64,000 nucleotides of DNA, taken from the NCBI GenBank assembly GCA_038240075.1, contig JBBSEC010000006.1, forward strand, positions 70 through 64,069. The letters run 5' to 3'. Positions 16,652 to 26,592 of the stretch are shown here, in pieces. Position numbers and translations under genes: made by a program. Under the pieces are notes generated by a model. That model had not been told where the DNA came from, did not search any database, and was given only the letters and a program-made list of their open reading frames with translations. Position 1 is the stretch's first letter. Every line of letters begins with the position of its first letter. The stretch is from Acidimicrobiia bacterium. GTDB taxonomy: Bacteria; Actinomycetota; Acidimicrobiia; IMCC26256; PALSA-610.

Positions 16652-19042
16652 GTGCCCGAGACCGTCACTCCGCCCGAGGGTCTCGACGCGCAGGGTGTGC
16701 GCGACCGGGTCGCGCGGGGCCTCACGAACGTCTCGGAGGAGCGCACGAGCCGAACGTTCAAGGAGATCCTGCGCGCCAACATCTTCACGCGCTTCAACGC
16801 GATCCTCGGGACGATGCTCGTCGTGATCGTCGCGGTCGGGCCGTTCCAGGACGGGTTGTTCGGCATCGTGCTCGTCACGAACGCGCTGATCGGCATCGTT
16901 TCGGAGTGGAGAGCGAAGCGCGCGCTCGACCGGCTTGCCGTCATCAACGCGCCGCGCGTGCGGGTGGTGCGCGACGGCGACGTCCGCGAGGTGCCGGTCG
17001 CCGAGGTCGTGCTCGACGACATCATGGAGCTCCGCGCCGGCGACCAGGTTGTCGCCGACGGCGTGGTGCGCACGAGCGATGGGCTCGAGATCGACGAGTC
17101 GCTGCTGACCGGCGAGTCGGAGGCGGTGGTGAAGACCGTCGACGACGAGGTGCTCTCGGGGAGCATGGTGATTGCCGGCTCGGCGCGGGTTCAGGCCGTC
17201 CGCGTCGGCGCCGACGCCTACGCGCGCCGGCTCGCAGCCGAGGCCCGGCGGTTCACGCTCGTGCGCTCGGAGCTCGGGCAGGGGATCGACCGCATCCTGC
17301 GCATGGTGACCTGGGTGCTGCCGATCACCGCGGTCCTGCTCGCGTTCAGTCAGTTCCAGGGCCATCACAGCGTGCGGACGTCGTTGGCAGGCGTGGTCGC
17401 GGGGGTGGTGGCGGTCGTGCCCGAAGGGCTGGTGCTGCTGTCGAGCGTGGCCCTCGCGGTCGCGACTCTCACGCTCGCGCGCCGTCGCGTGCTGGTGCAG
17501 GAGCTCCCTGCCGTTGAGGGCCTCGCGCGGGTCGACGTCGTGTGCCTCGACAAGACGGGCACGCTCACGGAGGGCACGATCCGGTTCCAGGCGCTGCACC
17601 CGCTCGCATCGTTCGACGCCGACCGGCTCGGACGCGCGCTGGGTGCGTTCGCCGCCGATGAGCACCCGAACGCGACCCTGCAGGCGCTCGGCGACGCGTT
17701 CCCCGATCCTTCCGACTGGACGCGCACCGGCGCAACCCCGTTCTCGTCGACGCGCAAGTGGAGCTCGGTCACGTTCGCCGACCGCGGAGCCTGGGTGCTC
17801 GGTGCGCCCGAGATGGTGTGGCCCGACGCGGGTCACGAGGCGCGGGTGCGTGCCGACGAGCTCGCCGCGTCGGGGAACCGGGTCCTGATGCTGGCCAACC
17901 GCGACCAGTCGCTCCCCGACATCGAGCTCTCCGCCGAGGCGCTCCCGGCTGATCTCGAACCGGTCGCGCTGATCACCTTCGAGGAGCAGCTCCGCGCCGA
18001 CGCCGCGGAGACGCTTTCGTACTTTGTGCGCCAGAACGTGATCCTCAAGGTGATCTCGGGCGACAACCCCCGCACGGTTGGCGCGGTCGCGGCGCGGGTG
18101 CGCCTGCCGAATGCGGAACAGGTCTTCGACGCGCGCGAGCTTCCCGACGACGACGAGGCGCTCGCCGACATCGTCGACGCCCACGCGGTCTTCGGTCGCG
18201 TCAGCCCGCACCAGAAGCGCCGTATCGTCACCGCGTTGCAGTCGCGCGGCCACACGGTTGCGATGACGGGCGACGGCGTCAACGACGCGCTGGCGTTGAA
18301 GGACGCCGACATCGGAATCGCGATGGGTAACGGCGCCGCCGCCACCCGGGCGGTGGCGCAGATCGTGCTGCTCGACAGCGACTTCGCGACGATGCCCGGG
18401 ATCGTGGCCGAGGGCCGCCGCGTGATTGCCAACGTCGAACGGGTCGCGAACCTCTTCGTGACGAAGACCGTGTACGCGGTCTGCCTCGCCGTCGCGGTCG
18501 GAATCGCGCGTTGGCCCTACCCGTTCCTGCCGCGTCACCTGACGATCGTGAGCAGTGTGACCATCGGCATCCCGGCCTTCCTGCTCGCGCTTGCGCCCAA
18601 CTCGGCGCGTTCACGACCCGGTTTCGTCGAGCGGGTCCTTCGGTTCGCGCTGCCCGCGGGTTTCATCGTCGCCACCGCCACCTTCGTCGCCTACTCGCTC
18701 GCGCGCGATCGCGGCCACCTCTCGCTGAACGAGTCTCGGGCGACGGCGACGATCGTGCTCCTCGTCGTCGGGCTCGCGGTGCTCGCGTTGCTCGCCCGCC
18801 CGCTGACACTGCCCGCGATCGGACTCGTCGCGGCGATGGCCGTGGGTGTCGCGCTGCTCTTCGTGCTCCCCGGAACGCGGCACTTCTACGCGCTCGGGCT
18901 CCCGCCCGCGCACGCACTGGTGTCGGCCGCGGTCGTCGCCGCGATCGGCGTGCTCGCGCTCGAGGGGTGGTGGATCATCGATCAGCGCAGCCGTCCGCTC
19001 GATGACCGCACGCCCACGTTCGCCGCACATGTGCGCGGCTGA
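16652..19042 (+). CDS. Cation-translocating P-type ATPase (HAD-IC, CtpE-like size and layout)
   Basis: Motifs TGES, PEGL (VVPEGLVLL), the DKTGTLT phosphorylation site, and the MTGDGVNDALALKDADIGIAMG hinge. Confidence 0.9.
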   Translation: MPETVTPPEGLDAQGVRDRVARGLTNVSEERTSRTFKEILRANIFTRFNAILGTMLVVIVAVGPFQDGLFGIVLVTNALIGIVSEWRAKRALDRLAVINAPRVRVVRDGDVREVPVAEVVLDDIMELRAGDQVVADGVVRTSDGLEIDESLLTGESEAVVKTVDDEVLSGSMVIAGSARVQAVRVGADAYARRLAAEARRFTLVRSELGQGIDRILRMVTWVLPITAVLLAFSQFQGHHSVRTSLAGVVAGVVAVVPEGLVLLSSVALAVATLTLARRRVLVQELPAVEGLARVDVVCLDKTGTLTEGTIRFQALHPLASFDADRLGRALGAFAADEHPNATLQALGDAFPDPSDWTRTGATPFSSTRKWSSVTFADRGAWVLGAPEMVWPDAGHEARVRADELAASGNRVLMLANRDQSLPDIELSAEALPADLEPVALITFEEQLRADAAETLSYFVRQNVILKVISGDNPRTVGAVAARVRLPNAEQVFDARELPDDDEALADIVDAHAVFGRVSPHQKRRIVTALQSRGHTVAMTGDGVNDALALKDADIGIAMGNGAAATRAVAQIVLLDSDFATMPGIVAEGRRVIANVERVANLFVTKTVYAVCLAVAVGIARWPYPFLPRHLTIVSSVTIGIPAFLLALAPNSARSRPGFVERVLRFALPAGFIVATATFVAYSLARDRGHLSLNESRATATIVLLVVGLAVLALLARPLTLPAIGLVAAMAVGVALLFVLPGTRHFYALGLPPAHALVSAAVVAAIGVLALEGWWIIDQRSRPLDDRTPTFAAHVRG

Positions 19043-19060
19043 GCCCGCACCTGATCCCGC

Positions 19061-20962
19061 CTAGGGAACGGTGGTCGTCGTGGTGGGATGCGGTGGTTTC
19101 GATCCGGCCGCCGCCGTCGTGGTCGCACCGGGCGGCGCCGCGCCGACGAGGACCACGTCGGGGGTCATGTCGTAGTTCCACGAGTGGCGCTCGCGGATCT
19201 CGGCGTGGCCGGGTTGATCGATGACGCGGAAATACGTCACGTCGTAGCCGGTGTGGCCCTGCGCGGTGTCGAGCTGCTCGCCCGGATGCAGCCGGGGGCA
19301 CGCGTTGTTCGGATCGCGTGTCGCTTTCTTCACCGGGCACGGCACGACGTCGGTCGTGAACGGGATCGTCTTGAGAATGTCGACGCACCGGCGGGTCGGG
19401 TCCGTCGACGAGCAGGTCGTGCTCTCTTCTTTCACGACCTTTCCCTCCTTGTTCCCGTAGAGAGTGATCGTGACCGAGTTGCTCGTGTACGACGCGCGCA
19501 GCAGCACGCCGTGCTTCGAGTTGTTGCGCCACTTGAGGTCGAGGATCGGGTAGTTGACCGTTGCCTCGCGACCGAGGGGATAGCGGCTGTAGTACACGCT
19601 GTGGGGTTGGTGGAAGACGTTTTCGAAACCGCCCCAGAATGCCGCGTTGTAAGTGGTCGTCGCGATCTGGCTGACGCCGCCGCCGTAGTCCTCGGTGTCG
19701 CCGCCGTAGTACACCGGCGCTTTCACGAACCCGCGCTGCGGTGTGCGCGCGCCGAGGGTGTCGTTGAGTGAGAAGACCTGGCCGGCCCGGACGATCGTGT
19801 TGTCCATGATGTCGGCCCCGAGGTGGATGTTCGTCACCCGGGTCTGTCCGGGGATGTAGTAGGTCGTGAAGCTCGAGACCTGCTCGGTGATGCCGAGCCG
19901 GTCGGCCCACGCGGTGTCGTGCGCCGGATGGTGGCGAACCAGCTCGACCCTGACCACGCTGCGATTGGCGAGGATCGCGCGGCCGACGGCCGCGAGGTCG
20001 GGCTGCAAGCCGTCGTGAGACGGATCGACGACGACGGTGTTCGCCGACGTCACCTCGAAGCGCGCGTCGACGGGCGCGACACCGATCGGCCCGAGCTGCG
20101 GGTCGAGCGCGGTCTGGAGTCGTCCCTGATCGACCGTGAGCGTGAGCCGGTCGCCGTCGACGTGCGTCTTCAGCGCCGACGCGATCTGAGTCGGTGTCGC
20201 GGTGAACGTACGCGCGCCCGACCGCACCTCGATGCCGTGGGAGAGGATCGTGCGCGCCTGGCGCGCGACTGCGTCGACCTCGGCCTTCGTCGTGCGCGCC
20301 ACGGTCGGCCCGTAGGAGAGATGGATCGGTACGCGACTGCCGTCGAGCAGCTCGGCGGTCAACTGGATCTTGGCCTGGTTGTGGTCGATGCCGGTTCCCG
20401 ACTTCGGCGCGATCTCGACCACTTGCGTGCCGACGAACCGGAGTCCGCCTTCGCTCACCCCCTGGTTGACCTCGTCGCCCCAGCGGTCGACGACCGCGTC
20501 GACCTCGTCGGGATCGAACGTGACGACCGGCTCGACGTGATCCGGGCGCAATCGCCGGAGCAACGTCCCGAGCACCTGCTTGAACGGGTTGCCGCTCCGC
20601 CCGGCTTCGCGCGCCCGGCGCACCGTGGCGCGCGTGTCGACCTTTACGTGCATCGATGTCGGGATCGCGGCGAGGTGGTGGCCGGCGGCCGTGGCCGAGA
20701 TCGGTGCGGCGTCGAGTTGGCGCGCGTACTTCGAGATCGAGGCGTACGCCGTGAGCTCGCGCTGACCGGAGACGTCGAGCGCTCCGATCTTGACGCCCGG
20801 CATGACGCGGCCGCGCCAGCCGATCCGCTCGGCGACGCCGACGAAGAGCAGCACGACCACCGTGATCGCCGCGATCCATGCCGCGGCGCGCAGGTTTGGC
20901 GGGGGGACCCGCGGCGTTCGAGGGCTCACCGCCGTTCGGGGGGGATCGATGGTGGCGCTCAT
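19061..20962 (-). CDS. VanW-family protein with N-terminal membrane anchor
   Basis: C-terminal VanW block (GQVFSLNDTLG..GFV.APVYYGG..GGGVSQIATTTYNAAFWGG) and a TM helix AAWIAAITVVVLLFVGV. Start uncertain: ATG 20962 or GTG 20929. Confidence 0.8.
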   Translation of the reverse strand: MSATIDPPRTAVSPRTPRVPPPNLRAAAWIAAITVVVLLFVGVAERIGWRGRVMPGVKIGALDVSGQRELTAYASISKYARQLDAAPISATAAGHHLAAIPTSMHVKVDTRATVRRAREAGRSGNPFKQVLGTLLRRLRPDHVEPVVTFDPDEVDAVVDRWGDEVNQGVSEGGLRFVGTQVVEIAPKSGTGIDHNQAKIQLTAELLDGSRVPIHLSYGPTVARTTKAEVDAVARQARTILSHGIEVRSGARTFTATPTQIASALKTHVDGDRLTLTVDQGRLQTALDPQLGPIGVAPVDARFEVTSANTVVVDPSHDGLQPDLAAVGRAILANRSVVRVELVRHHPAHDTAWADRLGITEQVSSFTTYYIPGQTRVTNIHLGADIMDNTIVRAGQVFSLNDTLGARTPQRGFVKAPVYYGGDTEDYGGGVSQIATTTYNAAFWGGFENVFHQPHSVYYSRYPLGREATVNYPILDLKWRNNSKHGVLLRASYTSNSVTITLYGNKEGKVVKEESTTCSSTDPTRRCVDILKTIPFTTDVVPCPVKKATRDPNNACPRLHPGEQLDTAQGHTGYDVTYFRVIDQPGHAEIRERHSWNYDMTPDVVLVGAAPPGATTTAAAGSKPPHPTTTTTVP

Positions 20963-21023
20963 CGGCCGGATCAGGCTACTTGGGCCCGCGAGGAGGCCGC
21001 CGGTCGCGCGACGATTCCCTGCT

Positions 21024-22055
21024 GTGACTGCCCTGCGCGACTTCCTGATTGCCTCGGGCGCGACCGAAGCCGACATCGAACGCGCGACGAGCGAAGGGTG
21101 GCTGCCGCTCCTCGCCATCGATCGCATGTTGATGCCCGATGTCGCGCGGTATGACCCCGTCGGCGTCGCCGAGGCCGCGGGGACCTCGCCGGAGGTCGCG
21201 GCCCGCGTCTGGCGCGCGCTGGGCTTCCCCGACATTCCCGACGGGGTCGCGGCGTTCTCCGACCGCGACGCGCGTGCACTGCGCTTCGCGGTCGAACGGC
21301 TGCAGGGAACGGCGTCACTCTCCGATCTCGAGCATCAGGTCCGCGTCGTGAGCGCCTCGCTGGCGCGGCTCGCGGCGTTCGAAGCCGACGTGGTCGCCGA
21401 TGCGCTCGACACCCTGCGATCGACGAACGCCGACGAGGAGAGCGTCGCGATGGCGCTCGTCGAAGGGGCCGACTGGGAGAGCATCAGCGGGCTCATCGAC
21501 TACACGCACCGGTTGCTGTTCCGCGCCGCGTTGTGGCGCAGGCTGGCGCGACCGACCGTCGGCCCGACCGTCGATGTCGCCGTGGGCTTCGCCGACATCA
21601 CCGGATACACCGAGTTGACGGAGGGGCTCGACGCGCACGACCTCTCGGATCTTCTCGCCGCGTTCGAGCGGCTCGCGTACAACAGCGCCGCCGAGTGCAA
21701 CACGCGCATCGTGAAGACGATCGGCGACGAGGTGATGTTCGTCGGTTTCCCCCGCGACGTCGCGCGGCTCGCGCTCACGCTCGCCGAGCGGGCCGACGCC
21801 GACCCGGTCGTGCCCGGAGTGCGGATCGGTGTGGCGTGGGGATCGGTGCTCGGTCGCGACGGCGACTACTACGGCCCGGTCGTCAACCTCGCGAGCCGGA
21901 TCACCGACCGCGCCCGGAAGGGAACCGTGCTGGCGGCCGAGGGTCTGCAGCAGGTCTTGGCCGACGACCCGGAGTTCTCCTGGCGCTCCCTTGGCAGCAA
22001 GCGACTCAGAGGCATCGGCAGCACCACGCTCTACGTGCTCCGACAGGCGCAGTAG
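21024..22055 (+). CDS. Class III adenylate cyclase with Rv1264-like N-terminal regulatory domain
   Basis: Catalytic domain blocks VAVGFADITGYTEL, KTIGDEVMFVG, GPVVNLASRI. The helical N-terminal domain resembles the Rv1264 regulatory domain. GTG 21024 chosen; ATG 20949 has an SD-like GGGGGGAT upstream and is an alternative. Confidence 0.75.
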   Translation: MTALRDFLIASGATEADIERATSEGWLPLLAIDRMLMPDVARYDPVGVAEAAGTSPEVAARVWRALGFPDIPDGVAAFSDRDARALRFAVERLQGTASLSDLEHQVRVVSASLARLAAFEADVVADALDTLRSTNADEESVAMALVEGADWESISGLIDYTHRLLFRAALWRRLARPTVGPTVDVAVGFADITGYTELTEGLDAHDLSDLLAAFERLAYNSAAECNTRIVKTIGDEVMFVGFPRDVARLALTLAERADADPVVPGVRIGVAWGSVLGRDGDYYGPVVNLASRITDRARKGTVLAAEGLQQVLADDPEFSWRSLGSKRLRGIGSTTLYVLRQAQ

Positions 22056-22066
22056 CCCCGCCGCGG

Positions 22067-22072
22067 TACCGT
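22067..22072 (+). promoter_or_regulatory. Putative -10 hexamer for leaderless mca
   Basis: TACCGT ends 6 nt before ATG 22079. Confidence 0.35.
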
Positions 22073-22078
22073 GACCGG

Positions 22079-22972
22079 ATGGCCGACGACCTGTGTCTGC
22101 TCCAGATCCACGCGCATCCCGACGACGAAGCGTCGAAGGGTGCCGGCACCAGCGCCAAGTACGCAGCCGAGGGCGTGCGCAACGTGCTCGTGTGCTGCAC
22201 CGGCGGTGAAGAGGGCGACATCCTCAACAAGGCGATGGAACGGCCCGAGGTGCGCGCCGATCTCGGCGCCGTTCGGATGGCCGAGCTCGACGCCAGCGCG
22301 CGTGCGATCGGCTACGCGAGCGTGCAAATGCTCGGATACCGCGACTCGGGGATGCCCGACACCGAGGCGAACGCCCGCCCCGACAACTTCGCGAACGCGC
22401 CGCTCGACGAGGCCGTCGAGCGGTTCGTGAAGATCATCCGCGCCGAGCGCCCGCAGGTGATCATCACGTATCACGAGGATCGCAACTGGTATCCGCATCC
22501 CGACCATCTCCGCGTGTGGGAGATCTCCGGCCCCGCGTTCGACGCGGCCGGCGATCCCGACAAGTTCCCCGACGCCGGTGAGCCCTGGCAGCCGAGCAAG
22601 CTCTATTACGTCGCGTGGTCGATGGCGCGGGTGAAGGCGCTGCACGCGGTCTACGAGGAACGCGGCGAAGAGAGCCCGTTCAAGCGCTGGTTCGAAGGCG
22701 ACAATCCGATGCCCGACCGCGACGAGCGCTTCACCACCCGCATCGACGTGAGCGAGCACCTCGGTGCGCGCCGAGCCGCGCTGCTCGCGCACGCGACCCA
22801 GGTCGACCCCGAAGGGCACTGGATGGCGATCCCCGACGAGCTCGTCCGGGAGGTGTACCCGTGGGAGGACTACATCCTCGCCCGCACGCTCGTGGAGGGC
22901 ACCGTGCCCGAGGACGGCTACGAAGAAGATCTCTTCGCGGGCCTGCGGGAACCGGCCCGCCGCTCGCAGTGA
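22079..22972 (+). CDS. mca: Mycothiol S-conjugate amidase (LmbE/PIG-L family)
   Basis: AHPDDE motif, PHPDH, and FPDAGEPWQPSKLYYV and DLFAGL blocks matching mycobacterial Mca as remembered. MshB cannot be fully excluded. Confidence 0.8.
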   Translation: MADDLCLLQIHAHPDDEASKGAGTSAKYAAEGVRNVLVCCTGGEEGDILNKAMERPEVRADLGAVRMAELDASARAIGYASVQMLGYRDSGMPDTEANARPDNFANAPLDEAVERFVKIIRAERPQVIITYHEDRNWYPHPDHLRVWEISGPAFDAAGDPDKFPDAGEPWQPSKLYYVAWSMARVKALHAVYEERGEESPFKRWFEGDNPMPDRDERFTTRIDVSEHLGARRAALLAHATQVDPEGHWMAIPDELVREVYPWEDYILARTLVEGTVPEDGYEEDLFAGLREPARRSQ

Positions 22973-23017
22973 GTCAGGCGCAGACGGAGGCGGGGGCATG
23001 CCGGAGGTCGAAGCCGT

Positions 23018-23293
23018 ATGAGCGCCGCTCTGGTCGATCTCGTCGTCGCCGAGCGGAAGAAGGAGCTCGAGCGGACGCGCGTCGTCGTCGACGGCGACAC
23101 GGTCACTCTGCACCCGGTCGACGACACCGCGGCCGCGGTGGTGTTCACGCTGACCCCGGCCGACGCCGCGGCCGTGAAGAGCGGCGATCTCGATCTCTCG
23201 GTCGCGTTCATGCGCGGCACGATGAAGATGGCCGGCGATTCGGGCGTGCTGTTCCACGTGCTGCCCGTGCTCTCGCGCCACCAACCGCTCTAG
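23018..23293 (+). CDS. SCP2 sterol-binding-domain protein
   Basis: 91 aa with SCP2-type FMRGTMKMAGDSGVLFHVLPVL. GGAGG SD upstream of the ATG. Confidence 0.65.
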   Translation: MSAALVDLVVAERKKELERTRVVVDGDTVTLHPVDDTAAAVVFTLTPADAAAVKSGDLDLSVAFMRGTMKMAGDSGVLFHVLPVLSRHQPL

Positions 23294-23296
23294 CGC

Positions 23297-24151
23297 CTAC
23301 CTCGAGCGCTGGAGGTCGCGGAGCTCGCGGAAGCCGATGAGAGTCGCGCCGGCCCGTTCGACGAGGGCGGGGAACGACGGGTCGCTGGTGAGGTACGCGT
23401 GGTCCTCGACGCGCTGGGGCCAGTCGGGATGCGAGCTGCGCAGCTCGTCGCTGTCGACGGCCGGGTGCAGGAAGATCTCGGTGACACCGGGCCGCAGGTC
23501 GAACAGGGTCTTCTCGATCCGTCGCCGCGCGCCGACGGGGCAGTTGACGAAGTGGTCGGTGAACACGACCCCTTCCTCGGCCGCCAGCCGGCGGAACGGG
23601 AACCCGATGTGACGCTGCGCGCTCGCGCCGGGCATGCGCATCGGGAGATCGAAGTCGACGGCCATCTCGAGGTAGACGTCGAAGAAGTCGGCGCGCAGTT
23701 GCAGCGTTCCCATGTGGCTGTCGACATGACTCACGTCGAAGCCCCAGAGGATCGCGCGCTCGATCTGCGTGCGGCACTCCTTGCGCACCTCGTCGAGGTC
23801 GCCGTGGTCCCACGCGTCCTGGATCGTGCGTGGGAACCCTCCGTCGCCGTCGAGCAGGCTGGGGGAGTGGGTGATGGGGCCCCAGCGGTACGTCTCCCAC
23901 TCGGAGGTGAGCGTGAGGTGCACGCCGACGTCTTCGCCGCGATACATCGCGGCCGCGTCGCGTGACCATGGGCACGGGACCATCAGCGTCGCGCTGGTCG
24001 CGACACCGCGCCGGACGGCGTCGTACACCGCGACGTTCGCGGCGCGCGACGAGCCGAGGTCGTCGCAGTTGACGATGAGCAACTTGGCGTCGGGCGCGTA
24101 ACCGAGCCGTTCCGCCAAGGTGGGCCCGAGCTCGTCGGTCACGGTCGACAT
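23297..24151 (-). CDS. ChbG/HpnK (YdjC) family carbohydrate deacetylase
   Basis: NCDDLG motif, GVHLTL, HVDSHMG. ATG 24151 chosen inside the longer ORF. Confidence 0.85.
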   Translation of the reverse strand: MSTVTDELGPTLAERLGYAPDAKLLIVNCDDLGSSRAANVAVYDAVRRGVATSATLMVPCPWSRDAAAMYRGEDVGVHLTLTSEWETYRWGPITHSPSLLDGDGGFPRTIQDAWDHGDLDEVRKECRTQIERAILWGFDVSHVDSHMGTLQLRADFFDVYLEMAVDFDLPMRMPGASAQRHIGFPFRRLAAEEGVVFTDHFVNCPVGARRRIEKTLFDLRPGVTEIFLHPAVDSDELRSSHPDWPQRVEDHAYLTSDPSFPALVERAGATLIGFRELRDLQRSR

Positions 24152-24161
24152 CGTGCGAACG

Positions 24162-24632
24162 CTACCGGGCTTTGTGATCGGTGAAGCTCGGGATGCCCGC
24201 CGCGAACCTCCGCAGCTGCTTGCTGTGCACTGTCTCGACACCGACGATCGCGCCGTCGTCGAGGAGCAGCGTGAGCACCAGGGAGAAGACCTTGCGGTGC
24301 ACCCCGGCGCTGTTGATCCGGTTCAGTGGGATCCCGCCCGCGAAGCGCCGGGGCCGGCTCCGCAGCATCGCGGGACGCCACGCAAGGAGGCGCTCCTCGG
24401 TGATGCCGAGGATCATCTCGGGGCCCGCGATCGGGAAGCCGGCCGTGGAGGCCCGCCGCGCCCACACCGCGTACGCGTGCCGCTGGATCACCGACGGCGG
24501 GCGCACCGGCGTCTTCCCGCTCGTGGCGACGGTCTCGGGCATGCCCGCGCTGAACCGCACGCGCTGCAGCGCGACGATCGTCTCTCCTTCACGCAGACCG
24601 GCGGGAGAGTCGCCTCCCGGCTTTCGGGTCAC
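24162..24632 (-). CDS. Hypothetical protein
   Basis: 156-aa ORF that fills the gap between the thiolase and YdjC genes on the same strand. Its composition is ordinary, unlike the Ser/Arg-rich opposite-strand ORF. No motif recognised. Confidence 0.45.
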   Translation of the reverse strand: MTRKPGGDSPAGLREGETIVALQRVRFSAGMPETVATSGKTPVRPPSVIQRHAYAVWARRASTAGFPIAGPEMILGITEERLLAWRPAMLRSRPRRFAGGIPLNRINSAGVHRKVFSLVLTLLLDDGAIVGVETVHSKQLRRFAAGIPSFTDHKAR

Positions 24633-24656
24633 AGTGTTCGGGTCACAGCGTCGCCG

Positions 24657-25844
24657 TCAGACGCGTTCGAGCAGCGTGCCGGTGCCGAGCCCCCCGCCGC
24701 AGCACATCGTGACGAGCCCGAGTGTCGCGTCGGTGCGTTCGAGCTCGTGTAGCGCCGTGGTCACGAGCCGCGCGCCGGTCGCGCCGACCGGGTGCCCGAG
24801 CGCGATCGCCCCACCGTTGGGATTGACCCGTTCGGGATCGGCGCCGAGCTCGCGTTCCCACGCGAGCACGACCGACGCGAACGCCTCGTTGATCTCGATG
24901 AGGTCGATGTCAGACATCTTCAGCCCGTTGCGCTCGAGGATGCGCTGCGTCGCGTCGATCGGGCCGGTGAGCATGAGCACGGGGTCGACGCCGACGAGGC
25001 ACTGGTCGATGATCCGGGCACGCGGGCGCAGCCCCAGCTCCCGCGCCCGGGCAACCGTGGTGATGAGCACCGCCGCGGCACCGTCGGTGATCTGCGACGA
25101 GCTGCCGGCGGTGTGCACGCCGTTCTCCCTCGCGACGGGCTTGAGCGCGGCGAGTTTCTCGAGCGACGTCTCCCTGAGCCCTTCGTCGCGGTCGATGGTG
25201 AGGGTCGCGCCGGTGGGCGTGCCGTCCTCCGCCAGCGTCGGCGCGTCGACGGGAACGACCTCGCGCTCGAACCGACCCTCCGCCCACGCGCGTTGGGCGC
25301 GTTGCTGCGAGAGGAGACCGAACCGGTCGCAGTCGTCGCGGGTGACCGCCCATTTGTCGGCGATTCGCTCGGCGCCCTCGAACTGCGATGTGAGCTCGTA
25401 GTGCTCGGTGTACGACTTCGGGATCGGGCGTCCGAAGTCGCCGCGTGTCGCCGCACCCAACGGCACGCGCGACATCGACTCCACACCGCACGACAACGCG
25501 ACGTCGACGACCCCGGCCCGCACGAGGGTCGCGGCGAGGTTCGTGGCCTGCTGCGACGAACCGCACTGGGAGTCGACGGTGGTCGCGGCGACGCTCATGG
25601 GGAGGCCGGCACTCAGCCAGGCGGTGCGCGCGATGTTGAAGGTCTGCTCGCCGACCTGGCTCACGCAACCCCCGATGACCTGGCCGATCAACGACGGGTC
25701 GACGCCCGAACGTTCGACCGCGGCGACCTGAACCCGGCCGAGCAGCTCGGCGGGGTGCACGGTCGCGAGGCCGCCGTTGCGCTTCCCGAGCGGTGAACGG
25801 ACGGCTTCCACGATGACGACGTCGGTGTCGGCGAGCTGGGCCAT
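24657..25844 (-). CDS. Acetyl-CoA C-acyltransferase (thiolase)
   Basis: Active-site Cys block VDSQCGSSQQA and C-terminal NPNGGAIALGHPVGATG and CCGGGLG. ATG 25844 has GGAGG upstream. Confidence 0.9.
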   Translation of the reverse strand: MAQLADTDVVIVEAVRSPLGKRNGGLATVHPAELLGRVQVAAVERSGVDPSLIGQVIGGCVSQVGEQTFNIARTAWLSAGLPMSVAATTVDSQCGSSQQATNLAATLVRAGVVDVALSCGVESMSRVPLGAATRGDFGRPIPKSYTEHYELTSQFEGAERIADKWAVTRDDCDRFGLLSQQRAQRAWAEGRFEREVVPVDAPTLAEDGTPTGATLTIDRDEGLRETSLEKLAALKPVARENGVHTAGSSSQITDGAAAVLITTVARARELGLRPRARIIDQCLVGVDPVLMLTGPIDATQRILERNGLKMSDIDLIEINEAFASVVLAWERELGADPERVNPNGGAIALGHPVGATGARLVTTALHELERTDATLGLVTMCCGGGLGTGTLLERV

Positions 25845-25916
25845 GGAACCTCCAAGAGACGGTCCGGCGATCGTAGTTGTCCCGATTCGCGCCTCCACTG
25901 GCGCGAGCATGGGGCC

Positions 25917-26573
25917 GTGACCCACCGCGTGCCTGCGTTCGTTGCGTTCATGGCGCTCGCCCTCCTCGTCACGGCGTGCAGCAGCGGGAGCGACAAGGTG
26001 AGCACCACCACGCGGTCGAGCAGTGCTTCGTCGTCGACCACGACGTCGACCAGCGTGGCCTCGACGACGTCGAGCTCCACCACGGCGGCGTCGACACCGC
26101 CACCGACCGGGCCGTGCGGACCCGACAACGGGTCCCTCAACGCCTTGCAGATGAGCCCGCCGGCTTCCGGCCCGAGCTCGCTCCTGACGAGCGTGACCGT
26201 TCGGGCCACCGCGCGCTGCACCGACGAGGTGGTGTTCGCGTTCGCCACGGGGTCGCCGGTTCCGGTACCCGTGACGATCTCGATCGTGAAGCCGCCGTTC
26301 ACACTTGCCGGCAGCGGCGCGCCCGTGGCGGTCGCGGGCCAGCGCTTCTACAAGGTGCAGTTCGAGCCGGCTTCGACGTTCGACTTCACGTCGGGGCACG
26401 CGACCTACACCGGGCCGACGAACATCATCCCGACGGGGACGAGCCATGTGCGTCAGGTGGTGAACACCGTCGCGTTCGAAGGCGTGGTCACGTGGATCAT
26501 CGGCGTGGGGCCCGACGACGAGTTTGTCTTCGGCGGCTCGGCGACGCCGCCGTCGTTGAAGCTGACGTTCTAA
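25917..26573 (+). CDS. Lipoprotein with Ser/Thr-rich linker, function unknown
   Basis: Lipobox LLVTACSSG, then a long S/T-rich low-complexity linker, then a ~130-aa beta-rich domain. Confidence 0.65.
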   Translation: MTHRVPAFVAFMALALLVTACSSGSDKVSTTTRSSSASSSTTTSTSVASTTSSSTTAASTPPPTGPCGPDNGSLNALQMSPPASGPSSLLTSVTVRATARCTDEVVFAFATGSPVPVPVTISIVKPPFTLAGSGAPVAVAGQRFYKVQFEPASTFDFTSGHATYTGPTNIIPTGTSHVRQVVNTVAFEGVVTWIIGVGPDDEFVFGGSATPPSLKLTF

Positions 26574-26592
26574 CGGCGCCGCGCGCGGCCGC

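Noticed and set aside
21533-22078. N-terminal 182-codon extension of the mca ORF.
   Set aside because: It overlaps the adenylate cyclase gene in another frame. The Mca homology and a TANNNT-N6-ATG signature both begin at 22079.
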